Part shown: positions 20,861 to 30,281 of the stretch, piece by piece | Layout of the letters: each line of letters opens with the position of its first letter | Position numbering within the stretch: the first letter of the stretch is position 1 | Source: an uncultured Gammaproteobacteria bacterium | Lineage (GTDB): Bacteria; Pseudomonadota; Gammaproteobacteria; UBA4575 | Assembly (NCBI GenBank): GCA_963976865.1 | Contig: CAXBLY010000002.1 | Location: 152,539-216,538 of the forward strand | Direction: 5' to 3' | Length of the DNA: 64,000 bases | Translations under genes and position numbers: made by a program | Notes under the pieces: generated by a model | Told to the model about the DNA's origin: nothing | What the model saw: the letters and a program-made list of their open reading frames with translations, nothing else | Database searches by the model: none

Positions 20861-22084
20861 TTACTTGGTAACCACTTTCAAGCCTTTCGCATTATTGTCA
20901 TTTTTCAATAACTGCCTCAGTACTGAGCGGCCTAAATCAGGCTGACTGAAATGCTTAAGTGGTGTCATGCCATGATTTTTTTTCATCTCGTCCAGACTGG
21001 GACCCTGATACTGACAGAAGGATTGTGTTGTCTCATAGGTCTGCAACTCAACCAGGCCTGGTAAAAACTCAATCAGCTGTTCCCAGATAAATATATTTAA
21101 CAATTCGGTGCTTGAACGCCAGCCTAAATCAGCGCAGACAAAATTTAGATTTTGGTGATCCAGTTTTTCAATAACATGTTTCTTTACAACTGACTTAAGA
21201 TAACCATAATCCACAACAAATCCTGTTAATGGGTCAATTCTCCCTTCAATCTTTACATGCAGCGCATAACGACCTCCATGTAGATTTTCACATTTTCCCG
21301 GATGGTCTGTTATAAAATGCGCAGAATCAAATACCAGTTCTTTACTAACCGTAGCACGCTGCACCTCTGCAAAGTAACGCTCAGAAACACAAGGCATTTC
21401 CTTTAAGTACAAAGACACCAGGGCTAATAATCTTTGCGCATCTTCCAGTGATTCAGTTCTGAATAAAGCTTTCTGAGTAGACGCATCATCTTCGAGCATT
21501 TTCCAGCGGATTTGATATTCTACAGTCAACTTATTTAGCAAAGAATTTATTTCATCATTGCGCGGCAAACTCAGGAATATATAACCATTGTGAAATTCCC
21601 CGGCCTGTGCAACTACAACCGCAAGGAGTAACTCAAAATTTACTTCAGAACTGTTGTTTGCAAATTTATGCTTATACGCAACAGGTGTTTTAATTGAATT
21701 ATTAGGCACCACACGATGGCTGGTAGCAGTGTAGGTATATTCCTGTCGGTACTGAAAACCATAAACTTGCAACTCGCGCAAATACCACAGCAATTCATCA
21801 AGTCTCCGCACGTCACTTTCCAGACATATAAAGTATTCATCCTCATGAAACGCCTGTGTTAATAATAACGCTTCAAGTATGGATGTCGCACGCACAGACG
21901 CCTGTTCTGCGGGTAATGAAAACTCCCCAACATCAGCAACTTTGTTGACCATCGATTCGTGCACCAGTAAATCCAGTGGCACATGATGACGAATTGCATA
22001 TTCCTGCAACGTCAGCCCGCAACAGCCACTCAGGTGGTGATTGTCCAGCTGGTCTACTTCTGATTTACATTCCTGACACTTCAT
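20861..22084 (-). CDS. Multidomain protein: N-terminal Zn-finger-like and LAGLIDADG-like regions fused to a C-terminal PTPS/QueD (T-fold) domain
   Basis: C-terminal domain has FDSAH, CENLHGGRY, VDYGYLK, LDH and YET (COG0720). N-terminus has CxxC...HHLxxCCGLTLQEY. The middle region is assigned by pattern only. Confidence 0.75.
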   Translation of the reverse strand: MKCQECKSEVDQLDNHHLSGCCGLTLQEYAIRHHVPLDLLVHESMVNKVADVGEFSLPAEQASVRATSILEALLLTQAFHEDEYFICLESDVRRLDELLWYLRELQVYGFQYRQEYTYTATSHRVVPNNSIKTPVAYKHKFANNSSEVNFELLLAVVVAQAGEFHNGYIFLSLPRNDEINSLLNKLTVEYQIRWKMLEDDASTQKALFRTESLEDAQRLLALVSLYLKEMPCVSERYFAEVQRATVSKELVFDSAHFITDHPGKCENLHGGRYALHVKIEGRIDPLTGFVVDYGYLKSVVKKHVIEKLDHQNLNFVCADLGWRSSTELLNIFIWEQLIEFLPGLVELQTYETTQSFCQYQGPSLDEMKKNHGMTPLKHFSQPDLGRSVLRQLLKNDNNAKGLKVVTK

Positions 22085-22112
22085 ATACTTACTTTACTGC
22101 TAAATCGCAGAC

Positions 22113-22149
22113 AAAAAAATACCCCGGATTGTAAAATCCGGGGTATTTT
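22113..22149 (-). terminator. Rho-independent terminator of fae
   Basis: 15-bp perfect stem AAAATACCCCGGATT/AATCCGGGGTATTTT with a 4-nt loop; T-run follows on the minus strand; 21 bp after the fae stop. Confidence 0.9.
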
Positions 22150-22170
22150 GTACTACGAAAAAGAGATTGC

Positions 22171-22698
22171 TTAGAATCCTTTGAATGGATGCTCTGCAGA
22201 ATCTTTCTTAGCAACAACTGTAGATGCTTTTGGCTCGTCTTTAATAGCACGCTCAATAGACTCTTTAACAGCTTTGTAGTTATTCTCGTAGATAGCTTCG
22301 TCGCTCTTGGCTTCCCAGTGAATGAATACACCAACACAGATGAAAATGTCGTCTGCTTCGTCAGCTGGAATAGTGCCGTCTTCAACACTGTCAGCAACTG
22401 CTTTAGCAACAGCAGCCTGAGCTGGACCAAACATTTGAACTGCTTGTGTAGCACCTTTGATGGTCACTTTGTTGAACATCATAGTGTTTGGTTTACAAGG
22501 AAGGTTAGGTGCAACAACAGCTAACAAAGTTGAAAAGCCATCTTTGTTGTTTACTAAACCGTTACAAAATGCTGTCTCAACTGCTGAACCACGTGGGCCC
22601 ATTAGCAAGTCGATGTGAGCGATTTCTGCCATATTGCCTGCTGGATCCGCGTCATTTACTAGTGACTCACCAACCATTACTCTGTTGACTACTGCCAT
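22171..22698 (-). CDS. fae: Formaldehyde-activating enzyme
   Basis: [37 protein letters not shown] and GVFIHWEA; AGGAG RBS. Confidence 0.97.
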   Translation of the reverse strand: MAVVNRVMVGESLVNDADPAGNMAEIAHIDLLMGPRGSAVETAFCNGLVNNKDGFSTLLAVVAPNLPCKPNTMMFNKVTIKGATQAVQMFGPAQAAVAKAVADSVEDGTIPADEADDIFICVGVFIHWEAKSDEAIYENNYKAVKESIERAIKDEPKASTVVAKKDSAEHPFKGF

Positions 22699-22719
22699 TT
22701 AATTTCTCCTAATTAGTAT

Positions 22720-22751
22720 TGTTTGTTAACAAACAGCCGTAAAAATTTACG
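22720..22751. promoter_or_regulatory. Two adjacent inverted repeats upstream of fae
   Basis: TGTTTGTTAACAAACA (22720-22735, perfect) and CGTAAA-AA-TTTACG (22738-22751). Confidence 0.45.
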
Positions 22752-22831
22752 ATAAAAAAATTGTGTTATGGGCCCCTCCCTAATGAAAACTACTAGTAAG
22801 TCTTCACAACATAGTTCGTCCCTTATGCTTG

Positions 22832-23671
22832 CTAGCCTAGCGCTGCTACAAATAATGTAGCGACGGTGATATCCGCCGTTGTCCCAGGATTTATTCCAAC
22901 CGCTTTCAGCTCACCATCCAGAGATAGTAGCCCTGAAATATGATCGGTTGGATCTCGTGACAGCAGCACCTGATTTGCAAGAGGCGCAATCATATCACTA
23001 ATTTCACGTGCTTTTAATAGACCTTTTTTGCGAATTATCAGACTATCTGGCACCCTGAGCCATTGGCTGAGAAATACAGCCGTGGCAGCCCACTCTTCAC
23101 TACCCCATTTTTGTAGATATTCTCTATAGATGGGTAAATTATGTTCGAAAATGTCTGAAAAAGTGCTCGCATATTGATACGCAATACGATCTTTATCTGC
23201 AGAGAGCTGCATGGCCTCCAGTAAACTGACACTCGGCTCGCCAGAGACGTCTTGATCCTCTACCTCCCCCATTCCACCTGGCATGGCTATCTGTATGGCC
23301 TGATAACAGTATTTAGCATCATCAACAGACAAGTCAGCAAGCACCCTGGCAAGGTCATCTCTTAGCTTTTCGCTATATCCATACCTGATTATTGTCTCGG
23401 CAATCGGCGCTACAAGCAGAATAATGCCCAAATTGGTATTGTCTGTCACAGCATCATGAGTCGCATTCACAGCATATAAAATACGTGCACCGGTGCCATC
23501 AGATTCGTTAAATAATGGCTCAGCTGATGCTTTTGCACTCAGCTCAAACTGTTCAACGGTCATTCCATGACCACCAGAATGATAGCCAACATTTCCAGGC
23601 TTCAATGCCCGCAACTCAAGCAGACAGGCCTGCTGATAACACTGGATATAGTGACTGACTGAACTAGCCAT
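22832..23671 (-). CDS. Triphosphoribosyl-dephospho-CoA synthase (CitG)-like protein, Orf7 type
   Basis: ELRALKPGNV, NTNLGIILL, DSLIIRKKG and INPGTTADITVA; position between orf5 and fae. Confidence 0.85.
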   Translation of the reverse strand: MASSVSHYIQCYQQACLLELRALKPGNVGYHSGGHGMTVEQFELSAKASAEPLFNESDGTGARILYAVNATHDAVTDNTNLGIILLVAPIAETIIRYGYSEKLRDDLARVLADLSVDDAKYCYQAIQIAMPGGMGEVEDQDVSGEPSVSLLEAMQLSADKDRIAYQYASTFSDIFEHNLPIYREYLQKWGSEEWAATAVFLSQWLRVPDSLIIRKKGLLKAREISDMIAPLANQVLLSRDPTDHISGLLSLDGELKAVGINPGTTADITVATLFVAALG

Positions 23672-24572
23672 AGCTGGCAAGACCACAGTGAGCTAAAAAT
23701 TGACGGGAGATTGTATCCACCACCGCTTCAGAGGTGGTTTGCTGCAAACCTTTCCACGCAGGTACGCTATTTACTTCCGTGACCCAGAAGCGGCCCTGTT
23801 TATCACGGATCAGATCAACGCCCGCATATTCCAGTCCTGTTACCTGTGTGGCATTGATAGCCATCTGCATAACAGACTGATCAAGTGTTATCGTCTCAAC
23901 CTGGCCTCCTTGTGCCACATTGGTAATCCAGCTTTCACCGGTACGCTTCATACTGGCAATCACTTGCTCACCAATGACAAATACACGATAGTCAACACCC
24001 ACTCTTTCACCTGCATCGACATATTCCTGCACGTACATCACCCCGTGCATATCCTGGTAGTCGATAAACTGAGAAGCATGTTCGAGTAACTGCAAGCCTT
24101 TGCCCTGGGAACCAAAAATTGGTTTAAGAACCAGTTTTTTCCCCTCATTCAAATACTCGCGTATTTTCTTATTAATATAATGTAAGTCACTGCTGACAAA
24201 GGAATTAGGCGTGGGAATTCCGTTGAACTTAAGTAGATACGAAGTCATACCCTTATCCACACTACGCTCTATACCACGAGTGTTATTAAAAATCGGCACA
24301 CCGGCATACTCCAGGCCATGCAACACATCCAGGTAATACACCACTTCTTCGAGACTTCCACCGGGCACACCACGCACAAAGACACCTGCAGGTAATGCAG
24401 AGAATCCGGGAAGCGTTATTCGGGCAGTGTCGGAATCCAGGTTAAAATGACAGTCCTGCAGACGCACGAAGCGTGAGGTATAACCACTTTTCTGCAAAGA
24501 ATGCTTTAATTGCTGACCGTGCCACCCAGGATCGTCAGTGATGATGGCAATATCGGGGTCAGCACTAGCCAC
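23664..24572 (-). CDS. RimK-family ATP-grasp glutamate ligase (Orf5 type)
   Basis: [34 protein letters not shown] and EVNSVPAW; follows mch. Confidence 0.85.
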   Translation of the reverse strand: MASADPDIAIITDDPGWHGQQLKHSLQKSGYTSRFVRLQDCHFNLDSDTARITLPGFSALPAGVFVRGVPGGSLEEVVYYLDVLHGLEYAGVPIFNNTRGIERSVDKGMTSYLLKFNGIPTPNSFVSSDLHYINKKIREYLNEGKKLVLKPIFGSQGKGLQLLEHASQFIDYQDMHGVMYVQEYVDAGERVGVDYRVFVIGEQVIASMKRTGESWITNVAQGGQVETITLDQSVMQMAINATQVTGLEYAGVDLIRDKQGRFWVTEVNSVPAWKGLQQTTSEAVVDTISRQFLAHCGLASYG

Positions 24573-25533
24573 CAAATGATTCTTTTAACAGATCCAGATT
24601 TACCTCACCGCCAAAGTATGTGTTGCCACTTTCCATGGCTGTGACACTCACTTGCGCAGGACTAAATAACATTTGATCGATCTGGTAAAAATCATACTTT
24701 GCATCAGCGAACACTTTTGCAAAAGGTTTACCGTAATCTTTTGATGTATTTGAAGGCAGGTCATTGGCAAGTGCTTTGGCATCGTCATCTGAACCTGTCA
24801 CAAATAGCTGCACCCGGCCGGCAAATAAAATTGAATCGTTGGTTCGGCCCATCGCCTGAACGAAATCAGGAATAGGAGGACACAATGGTGCACTACCGGC
24901 ACCATCGACAATTCTTTCTAACGGGAACTTTAGCTCATGTGCCTTATGTAGCGCTGTCTCCAGAACTCTGGCAACAACTTGAACAACACCAGCCAAGCTC
25001 TTGGTTGGCGTAAGAATTATTGTTAAATTTTCAGGGCTAACACCACACTGTTCTGACATTTTGCCAAGCAGCTCTGACGGCGGATTTTTATCCACCTCCA
25101 TAACGAGACATACCTTGTCTGCCTTATCTTCATAAGCCAGCTCTTTATACAAAGGTTCACGCAGTGACGCCGCACGGCCAGGGCCTGAACCCAATGCATA
25201 GAACGCTTCTTTGCCTTCACCGTGGGATAACTGCCAGCCTGCATATTGACTACCCAAACACGCAAGCACCGGATTCGAGCTGTGTACATATACAGATAAT
25301 GGCCACTGCGGAGCAGTATTTGTGTGCGTCAGTGACACATTACCCAGTCCACCCAGGCAGATCTCACTAATCATACGTCCCGCTTCAAGCCCACCATGAA
25401 AATTGATTCCGGCATCGACTATTGTCACACCACTGGCATCCTGTTCAACTCCAATACGCAATGCATCTGCACCATCAATGAGCTGCTGCACAATCGGTTG
25501 TGCTAATTTATTTATACTTGGCTGCTTATTCAT
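24565..25533 (-). CDS. mch: Methenyl-H4MPT cyclohydrolase
   Basis: [33 protein letters not shown] and [13 protein letters not shown]. Confidence 0.96.
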   Translation of the reverse strand: MNKQPSINKLAQPIVQQLIDGADALRIGVEQDASGVTIVDAGINFHGGLEAGRMISEICLGGLGNVSLTHTNTAPQWPLSVYVHSSNPVLACLGSQYAGWQLSHGEGKEAFYALGSGPGRAASLREPLYKELAYEDKADKVCLVMEVDKNPPSELLGKMSEQCGVSPENLTIILTPTKSLAGVVQVVARVLETALHKAHELKFPLERIVDGAGSAPLCPPIPDFVQAMGRTNDSILFAGRVQLFVTGSDDDAKALANDLPSNTSKDYGKPFAKVFADAKYDFYQIDQMLFSPAQVSVTAMESGNTYFGGEVNLDLLKESFGG

Positions 25534-25566
25534 ACTCGATTTTTTCTAGATTAGTTAATTAACTTG

Positions 25567-26712
25567 TTAATTTATAAGACTTATCACTTCATCAGCGCGT
25601 CTCTGAAGGAGAGAGTAAAGATCATCACCCGCCTCTTCTTCATCTGCATACACACTACAGACTGGTTCGTGCCTGGAGATTTTACGTAATGCTTCGGGCT
25701 TATCCTTTACCCATGCCGGCCACACCAATTGCTCTGAAATCATATAGTCATCTTTAGCATATACAATGAGATACGCACTCCGGGTCTGACTTAGCTCGAA
25801 TTCACAAAGGCGCTCACCCTCACACACTCTTATGTGTGCGTCAACCAAATTCAATCCAGGATTAATACGCTCATATAATTCAAAACTGGCAGAAATTCTT
25901 GGATTAACCTCGAGCACGTAAAGTGCCTCCTGAGTCGTCGATTCGGAATAGATCATGTCTAAACTAAACACACCTTTAATATTAAAGTAATTTATTAGTT
26001 TAGCTATATAACTTGTTGTTTTTTCTTTTATAAATTCGTTGGTTTCTACATTAGCCAGCGCGCCCTGGTAGACATAGGGGTAGCCCTCAAAATCTGATGT
26101 CGAATACTGTTGATTGATGCCAAGACACGTGACGTCTTGACCATCAGAAATACATAATGCGGAGACAGCCTGGCCCGGCACCTCCTGCTGCCAGTAGCCA
26201 GAAGTATCATCAACATAAGTTCGACTTACGCCCATTCCTCCACAACTATCTGTAAGTTTGTACAGCCACCCCCGCGACTCAGGTGCCGATTTAAAATTTA
26301 CGTCAGGATAGACAATCTCAAGCGTGTCCAGGGCATCGAAAAACGTGCGCGGATCCCGAATCCGAGTGGTAACTTTCAGATTATTGGCACAAAGTGCCCA
26401 ACCAGATATTTTTTCAATATCGCAAGCCAGGTGCTCGGCGCCCGCCCCAAGAATAACTTTTGCCTGAGGATAGCGCTCCCTCAACCTGGATAGACACGTT
26501 TTCAAATGACTTATTACAAATACACCTGCCTTCAGCGGCAGACACCAGCACTCAATAGAGGATTCAATCGTGTCAGTGTCAGCAAAGCCATCAACACAAA
26601 TGACCTTCCAGCCCGCTCGGGACGCAGACTCAGAGAGAGCCCGCGCCGAGTGGGAGATAATGATTAGGTAATTATTTTTTATGAACGTATTCGCGAGCAA
26701 CTTCGAATGCAT
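25567..26712 (-). CDS. ATP-grasp protein, OrfY type (between mtdB and mch)
   Basis: SARALSESA, YKLTDSCGGMG, EVNPRISAS and EPVCSV. Start uncertain; nearest in-frame ATG is 26712. Confidence 0.78.
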   Translation of the reverse strand: MHSKLLANTFIKNNYLIIISHSARALSESASRAGWKVICVDGFADTDTIESSIECWCLPLKAGVFVISHLKTCLSRLRERYPQAKVILGAGAEHLACDIEKISGWALCANNLKVTTRIRDPRTFFDALDTLEIVYPDVNFKSAPESRGWLYKLTDSCGGMGVSRTYVDDTSGYWQQEVPGQAVSALCISDGQDVTCLGINQQYSTSDFEGYPYVYQGALANVETNEFIKEKTTSYIAKLINYFNIKGVFSLDMIYSESTTQEALYVLEVNPRISASFELYERINPGLNLVDAHIRVCEGERLCEFELSQTRSAYLIVYAKDDYMISEQLVWPAWVKDKPEALRKISRHEPVCSVYADEEEAGDDLYSLLQRRADEVISLIN

Positions 26713-27577
26713 GCTCAAAATGCAGATATATAGGCTTATCTGTTTCACACATCTGCTTTAGCAGTATATTTTGCGTCTGATACTTAACGTTGCCAATCGC
26801 TAGCGCACCTATACCAACTGCGCCACTTGGAGAGTCGTCAATGGGCGCGGCATTATCCATCACACCCAGACCTGCGATCCCTGAAGGTGGTACAGCATTA
26901 ACATCGGCTGCCACCTTAAGATTACCCGCTTTCAATACCAGATCCCTGCTCATTACTTCAATACCGGCTGAAGCAGTCGCTAAAATCACGTCCACATTGC
27001 CGATGACAGAATCCAGCGTGTCAATTGCTTCACCTTTTATATCGGTTTTGCCAGAGCCGTACTCAGCATTACAAATACCAGCAATTCGCTGTGATTTGTC
27101 CTTTTGACGACCAAAAATAGTCACATCCGCACCCGCTTTTGCTGCAATAACCGCACCCGCCATGCCCACAGGACCTGTTCCTCCCAATGCTGCTACTGTC
27201 TTGCCTTTAAGGTCTGTATCAAATTTGTCCTGAAGCGCTTTTTCAACCGCTGCCAACATACCTGCTGCCGTAGTAAACGCTCCACTAGGATCCGCAAATG
27301 CTGACACCTCAAAAGGCGGCACCATGGATTTCTCACAGATTTTCATCATTTCCATGGCATCATGCATATCCCTGCCACCAAAAAATATTCCTGTTCTCTT
27401 AACCCCGCTGGGGCCACGGGAAAATATTGCATCCTGAACCAGCGCCTGAACTTCGTCATTTTCTACTGATATATAAGGGATACAGTTCGACCATCCCGCA
27501 TCTATGGCCATGTTGACGTCGAATGGACTAAGATTCTTCGCGGCGGTGATCATATGTAAAATGTATGGCTTTTCCAT
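26672..27577 (-). CDS. mtdB: NAD(P)-dependent methylene-H4MPT dehydrogenase
   Basis: ILHMITAAKNLSPFDVNMAIDAGW, DPSGAFTTAA, GGTGPVG and DVNAVPPSGI. Confidence 0.94.
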   Translation of the reverse strand: MEKPYILHMITAAKNLSPFDVNMAIDAGWSNCIPYISVENDEVQALVQDAIFSRGPSGVKRTGIFFGGRDMHDAMEMMKICEKSMVPPFEVSAFADPSGAFTTAAGMLAAVEKALQDKFDTDLKGKTVAALGGTGPVGMAGAVIAAKAGADVTIFGRQKDKSQRIAGICNAEYGSGKTDIKGEAIDTLDSVIGNVDVILATASAGIEVMSRDLVLKAGNLKVAADVNAVPPSGIAGLGVMDNAAPIDDSPSGAVGIGALAIGNVKYQTQNILLKQMCETDKPIYLHFEHAFEVAREYVHKK

Positions 27578-27683
27578 GTCTAATATCTCTCTAAAGTTGT
27601 ATCCCAGTGTATTAAGAACAGATTCATCAGCAATACTCCACAGATGAAGGTTCTTGGCTAAATCGTGCTTAAATTAATTATGT

Positions 27684-28727
27684 TTAACCGTTAATCTGAC
27701 CTGAATCATGATCAGAACCATGACCAGTGTTTTGGTTGTTCTGTTTTTGCTCAACGGTGTTGGCAAGTGTCATTACTGCGCCTTCATTATTGCCCTGAAC
27801 GACTTTATAACCAAGTTGAGGTAGGTGTGTAAACTGATTTTGCAATTCTCTTAGCATCGAATGTGCTGCAACATCACTGTCAAAAAACGCAAATCCTGTT
27901 GGGCCCCATGAACTCTGCCCGACGCCAGGTATGTTCTTTCCTATCAAATATTCTATGACTTCAGCCACGGCAGCACTTGTATAGCGTCCTCCCTGCGCAG
28001 GCGCGAAATAATCGCCTACTCTTTGCTGAATTTCACGTACTCCCATTCCAAATTCCTGAATATTTTTTTCGATCACGCCAGGTAATATTCTTGCCAGTAC
28101 TTGTCTTGATAAAAATCCGGCGCAATTATCCGAGAATCTTGGCAGTGTTGAAAATGCATCAGATTCAGGAGCACCATGAAGACCCAGGTCGTTACTGTCC
28201 TCGATAATTAATATACGCCATGCCTCGGGAAACGGATGCCGGGCTACAGTAGGTGGAACTCGTGTATTACTGCCTCTTCCACCGTCTACGATCATTCCAC
28301 CCTGCACAAATGCGGCGACTCCTATGCCCGAGCGAGCTCCTCTGCCCAATTCCTGAGCAATACCGACAGCATCAACTTTAATATTCCAGAGTTTTGCAAT
28401 ACAGCTGCCAACACACAATGCCAATTGCGTGCCTGAACCAAGTCCGGAATGTTCCGGGATTGAACGATGAACGTTTATCGCACAACCCCCATCCAGATTC
28501 CATTTTTCAAATAATTCCCGGGCAAAATCCAGGGCACGTTCACTACGTGGACCGCTGGCTTCAAATTTTTTACTGGGTTCGAGCGTCAGTTCTGTACTGA
28601 AACCGTCAATTGTTACACCCGCACTAATAAACTTGCGCCCCAGGGCTCCCCCAAGATCGACAAATCCCAGGTGTAATCTGGCTGGAGTTCTTACAGTAAC
28701 ATTTTGATTTTTGTGGTATAACATCAA
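27684..28727 (-). CDS. mptG: Beta-ribofuranosylaminobenzene 5'-phosphate synthase
   Basis: PARLHLGF, HSGLGSGTQL, GRGARSGIG and GQSSWGPT (GHMP fold). Confidence 0.93.
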   Translation of the reverse strand: MMLYHKNQNVTVRTPARLHLGFVDLGGALGRKFISAGVTIDGFSTELTLEPSKKFEASGPRSERALDFARELFEKWNLDGGCAINVHRSIPEHSGLGSGTQLALCVGSCIAKLWNIKVDAVGIAQELGRGARSGIGVAAFVQGGMIVDGGRGSNTRVPPTVARHPFPEAWRILIIEDSNDLGLHGAPESDAFSTLPRFSDNCAGFLSRQVLARILPGVIEKNIQEFGMGVREIQQRVGDYFAPAQGGRYTSAAVAEVIEYLIGKNIPGVGQSSWGPTGFAFFDSDVAAHSMLRELQNQFTHLPQLGYKVVQGNNEGAVMTLANTVEQKQNNQNTGHGSDHDSGQING

Positions 28728-28781
28728 TATTCTACAGTTGATTATTCATCTAGTATCACTGGACCATAACTGAGCAATAAT

Positions 28782-28795
28782 TCACCGATCGGTGA
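28782..28795. promoter_or_regulatory. Perfect 14-bp palindrome upstream of mptG
   Basis: TCACCGATCGGTGA, 54 bp from the mptG start. Confidence 0.35.
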
Positions 28796-28862
28796 GTGAA
28801 ATTCTTAGTAGGTTAGCCTGCTTGCGCAGTAGCGTTATTTTATACTGAACTGCAGCGCCCAA

Positions 28863-28896
28863 ACTAGTAGAAATACAGGATCCGTACTAGTAGAAA
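28863..28896 (+). promoter_or_regulatory. 11-bp direct repeat in the mptG/fhcB divergent promoter
   Basis: ACTAGTAGAAA at 28863-28873 and 28886-28896 (23-bp period). Confidence 0.55.
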
Positions 28897-29010
28897 CAGT
28901 CACAATCGAAGACAATATGTCAGTATCTTGATAAATCATAACAAAATCGCAGACTGCTGGCTGAATCAGCACTCTTGAAATAACCAGTTAATACTACTAA
29001 AAATAAACTA

Positions 29011-30273
29011 ATGCAGTTTGAACATGTCACTTGCCCACATTGTGGAATTCTTTGCGATGACTTAACCATTGAGGTTAAAGACTCACAAATAACGCCACTC
29101 AATGTTGATCACCCCAAATGTACACGGGGATTCTCTCAGGCGTCTATCGACAGCGCAAACCCGCCTTCAGCAACAGTAGATGGCGAAAATGTTACTGTAG
29201 AAGAAGCGATTAATAAAGCTGTGGAAATACTCCAGTCTTCCTCTCAACCACTTGTAAGCGGATTAATTGCCGATGTTGAAGCATGCAGGGAAGCCGTAGC
29301 ACTTACTGAAAAGCTTGGGGGTGTCATTGATCATGCCAATGGCAAATACATTCGCGCCAACATCGCGGTGATGCAACGTATGGGGAAAGTGAAAACCACC
29401 TTGGCAGAAGTACGCAATCGCGCCGATCATGTCATTATATTTGGCGCAGAAGTACTCGAGCGTTTTCCACGCTTGCTGCAGAGAGTTTTATCTCCACAGA
29501 AAAGCCTGGGGCCAGACGCTACAATAAACAAATCCATAACTATTATTGATTCACAGGCCCAACCGGATGCAAGTAAATCTTTTGCTCAGGCCAATATAAA
29601 TTATTTGCGCCTGGACGCAGCGAGCCTCGAATCAATCATACTGTCATTACAGGCAATCATTCAGTCACCAGATCAGTCTGCTGACAAGGAAAATGATATC
29701 TCAGCAAGGCTTAAAGAAGTCTATCAGAAAATATTAGACAGCCAGTACACGACAATTGTCTGGAATACAGGATTACTTGACACAGATACCGCCGAGCAAA
29801 CTGTACAGGCAATAACGCTTTCAATAAAAACGCTAATGAAAGAAATTCGCTGCGTTGGTTTGCCGTTGGGTGGATCAAAAGGTGAAATTACTGCCAGTCA
29901 GGTTTCAACCTGGCAAACAGGAGTACCCTTACCTGTCGCCTTTATGAGCGGAACACCCGTACACGATCCTGTTTTATATGATGGCAGCACCATGCTGGAA
30001 AATAACGAAGCCGATACACTGGTATGGTTATCTACCTACAACGCTGATGACACTCCTCCCGTAACAGATATACCAACCATTGTTCTTGGCCATCCCAATA
30101 TGCAGGCAGCGAAACAATCTGCTGTATTTATTCCTGTCGGCGTGCCGGGAATAGATCACCGCGGGCTCGCATGCAGAACAGATAGTGTGGCTACCTTGCC
30201 ACTTCAAAAGATTCGCAGCAATGACTTACCAGTGGCTAGTGATGTGTTGAACAAAATTAACGAGATGCTCTAG
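29011..30273 (+). CDS. fhcB: Formyltransferase/hydrolase complex subunit B (FwdB-like)
   Basis: CPHCGILCDDL, TLAEVRNRAD and CRTDSVATLPL; no Cys at the FwdB pterin-ligand position. Confidence 0.92.
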   Translation: MQFEHVTCPHCGILCDDLTIEVKDSQITPLNVDHPKCTRGFSQASIDSANPPSATVDGENVTVEEAINKAVEILQSSSQPLVSGLIADVEACREAVALTEKLGGVIDHANGKYIRANIAVMQRMGKVKTTLAEVRNRADHVIIFGAEVLERFPRLLQRVLSPQKSLGPDATINKSITIIDSQAQPDASKSFAQANINYLRLDAASLESIILSLQAIIQSPDQSADKENDISARLKEVYQKILDSQYTTIVWNTGLLDTDTAEQTVQAITLSIKTLMKEIRCVGLPLGGSKGEITASQVSTWQTGVPLPVAFMSGTPVHDPVLYDGSTMLENNEADTLVWLSTYNADDTPPVTDIPTIVLGHPNMQAAKQSAVFIPVGVPGIDHRGLACRTDSVATLPLQKIRSNDLPVASDVLNKINEML

Positions 30274-30281
30274 AGGGAACT

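Noticed and set aside
20861-22084. Intein or active homing endonuclease in the PTPS protein
   Set aside because: There is no His-Asn followed by Cys/Ser/Thr at a domain junction (the only HN in the N-terminal 245 aa is followed by Gly), the extra region is N-terminal rather than inserted, and the catalytic acidic residues are missing.
22089-22524. ORFs 22089-22454 (-) and 22189-22524 (+)
   Set aside because: They are alternative-frame or antisense shadows of fae; one crosses the terminator. The same applies to the many short track ORFs nested in well-supported genes.
22832-24567. Amber read-through (pyrrolysine) at the GGC-TAG gene ends
   Set aside because: Read-through hits another stop after 1 codon (mch) or about 15 codons (orf5) and gives no fusion; no pyl genes are present.
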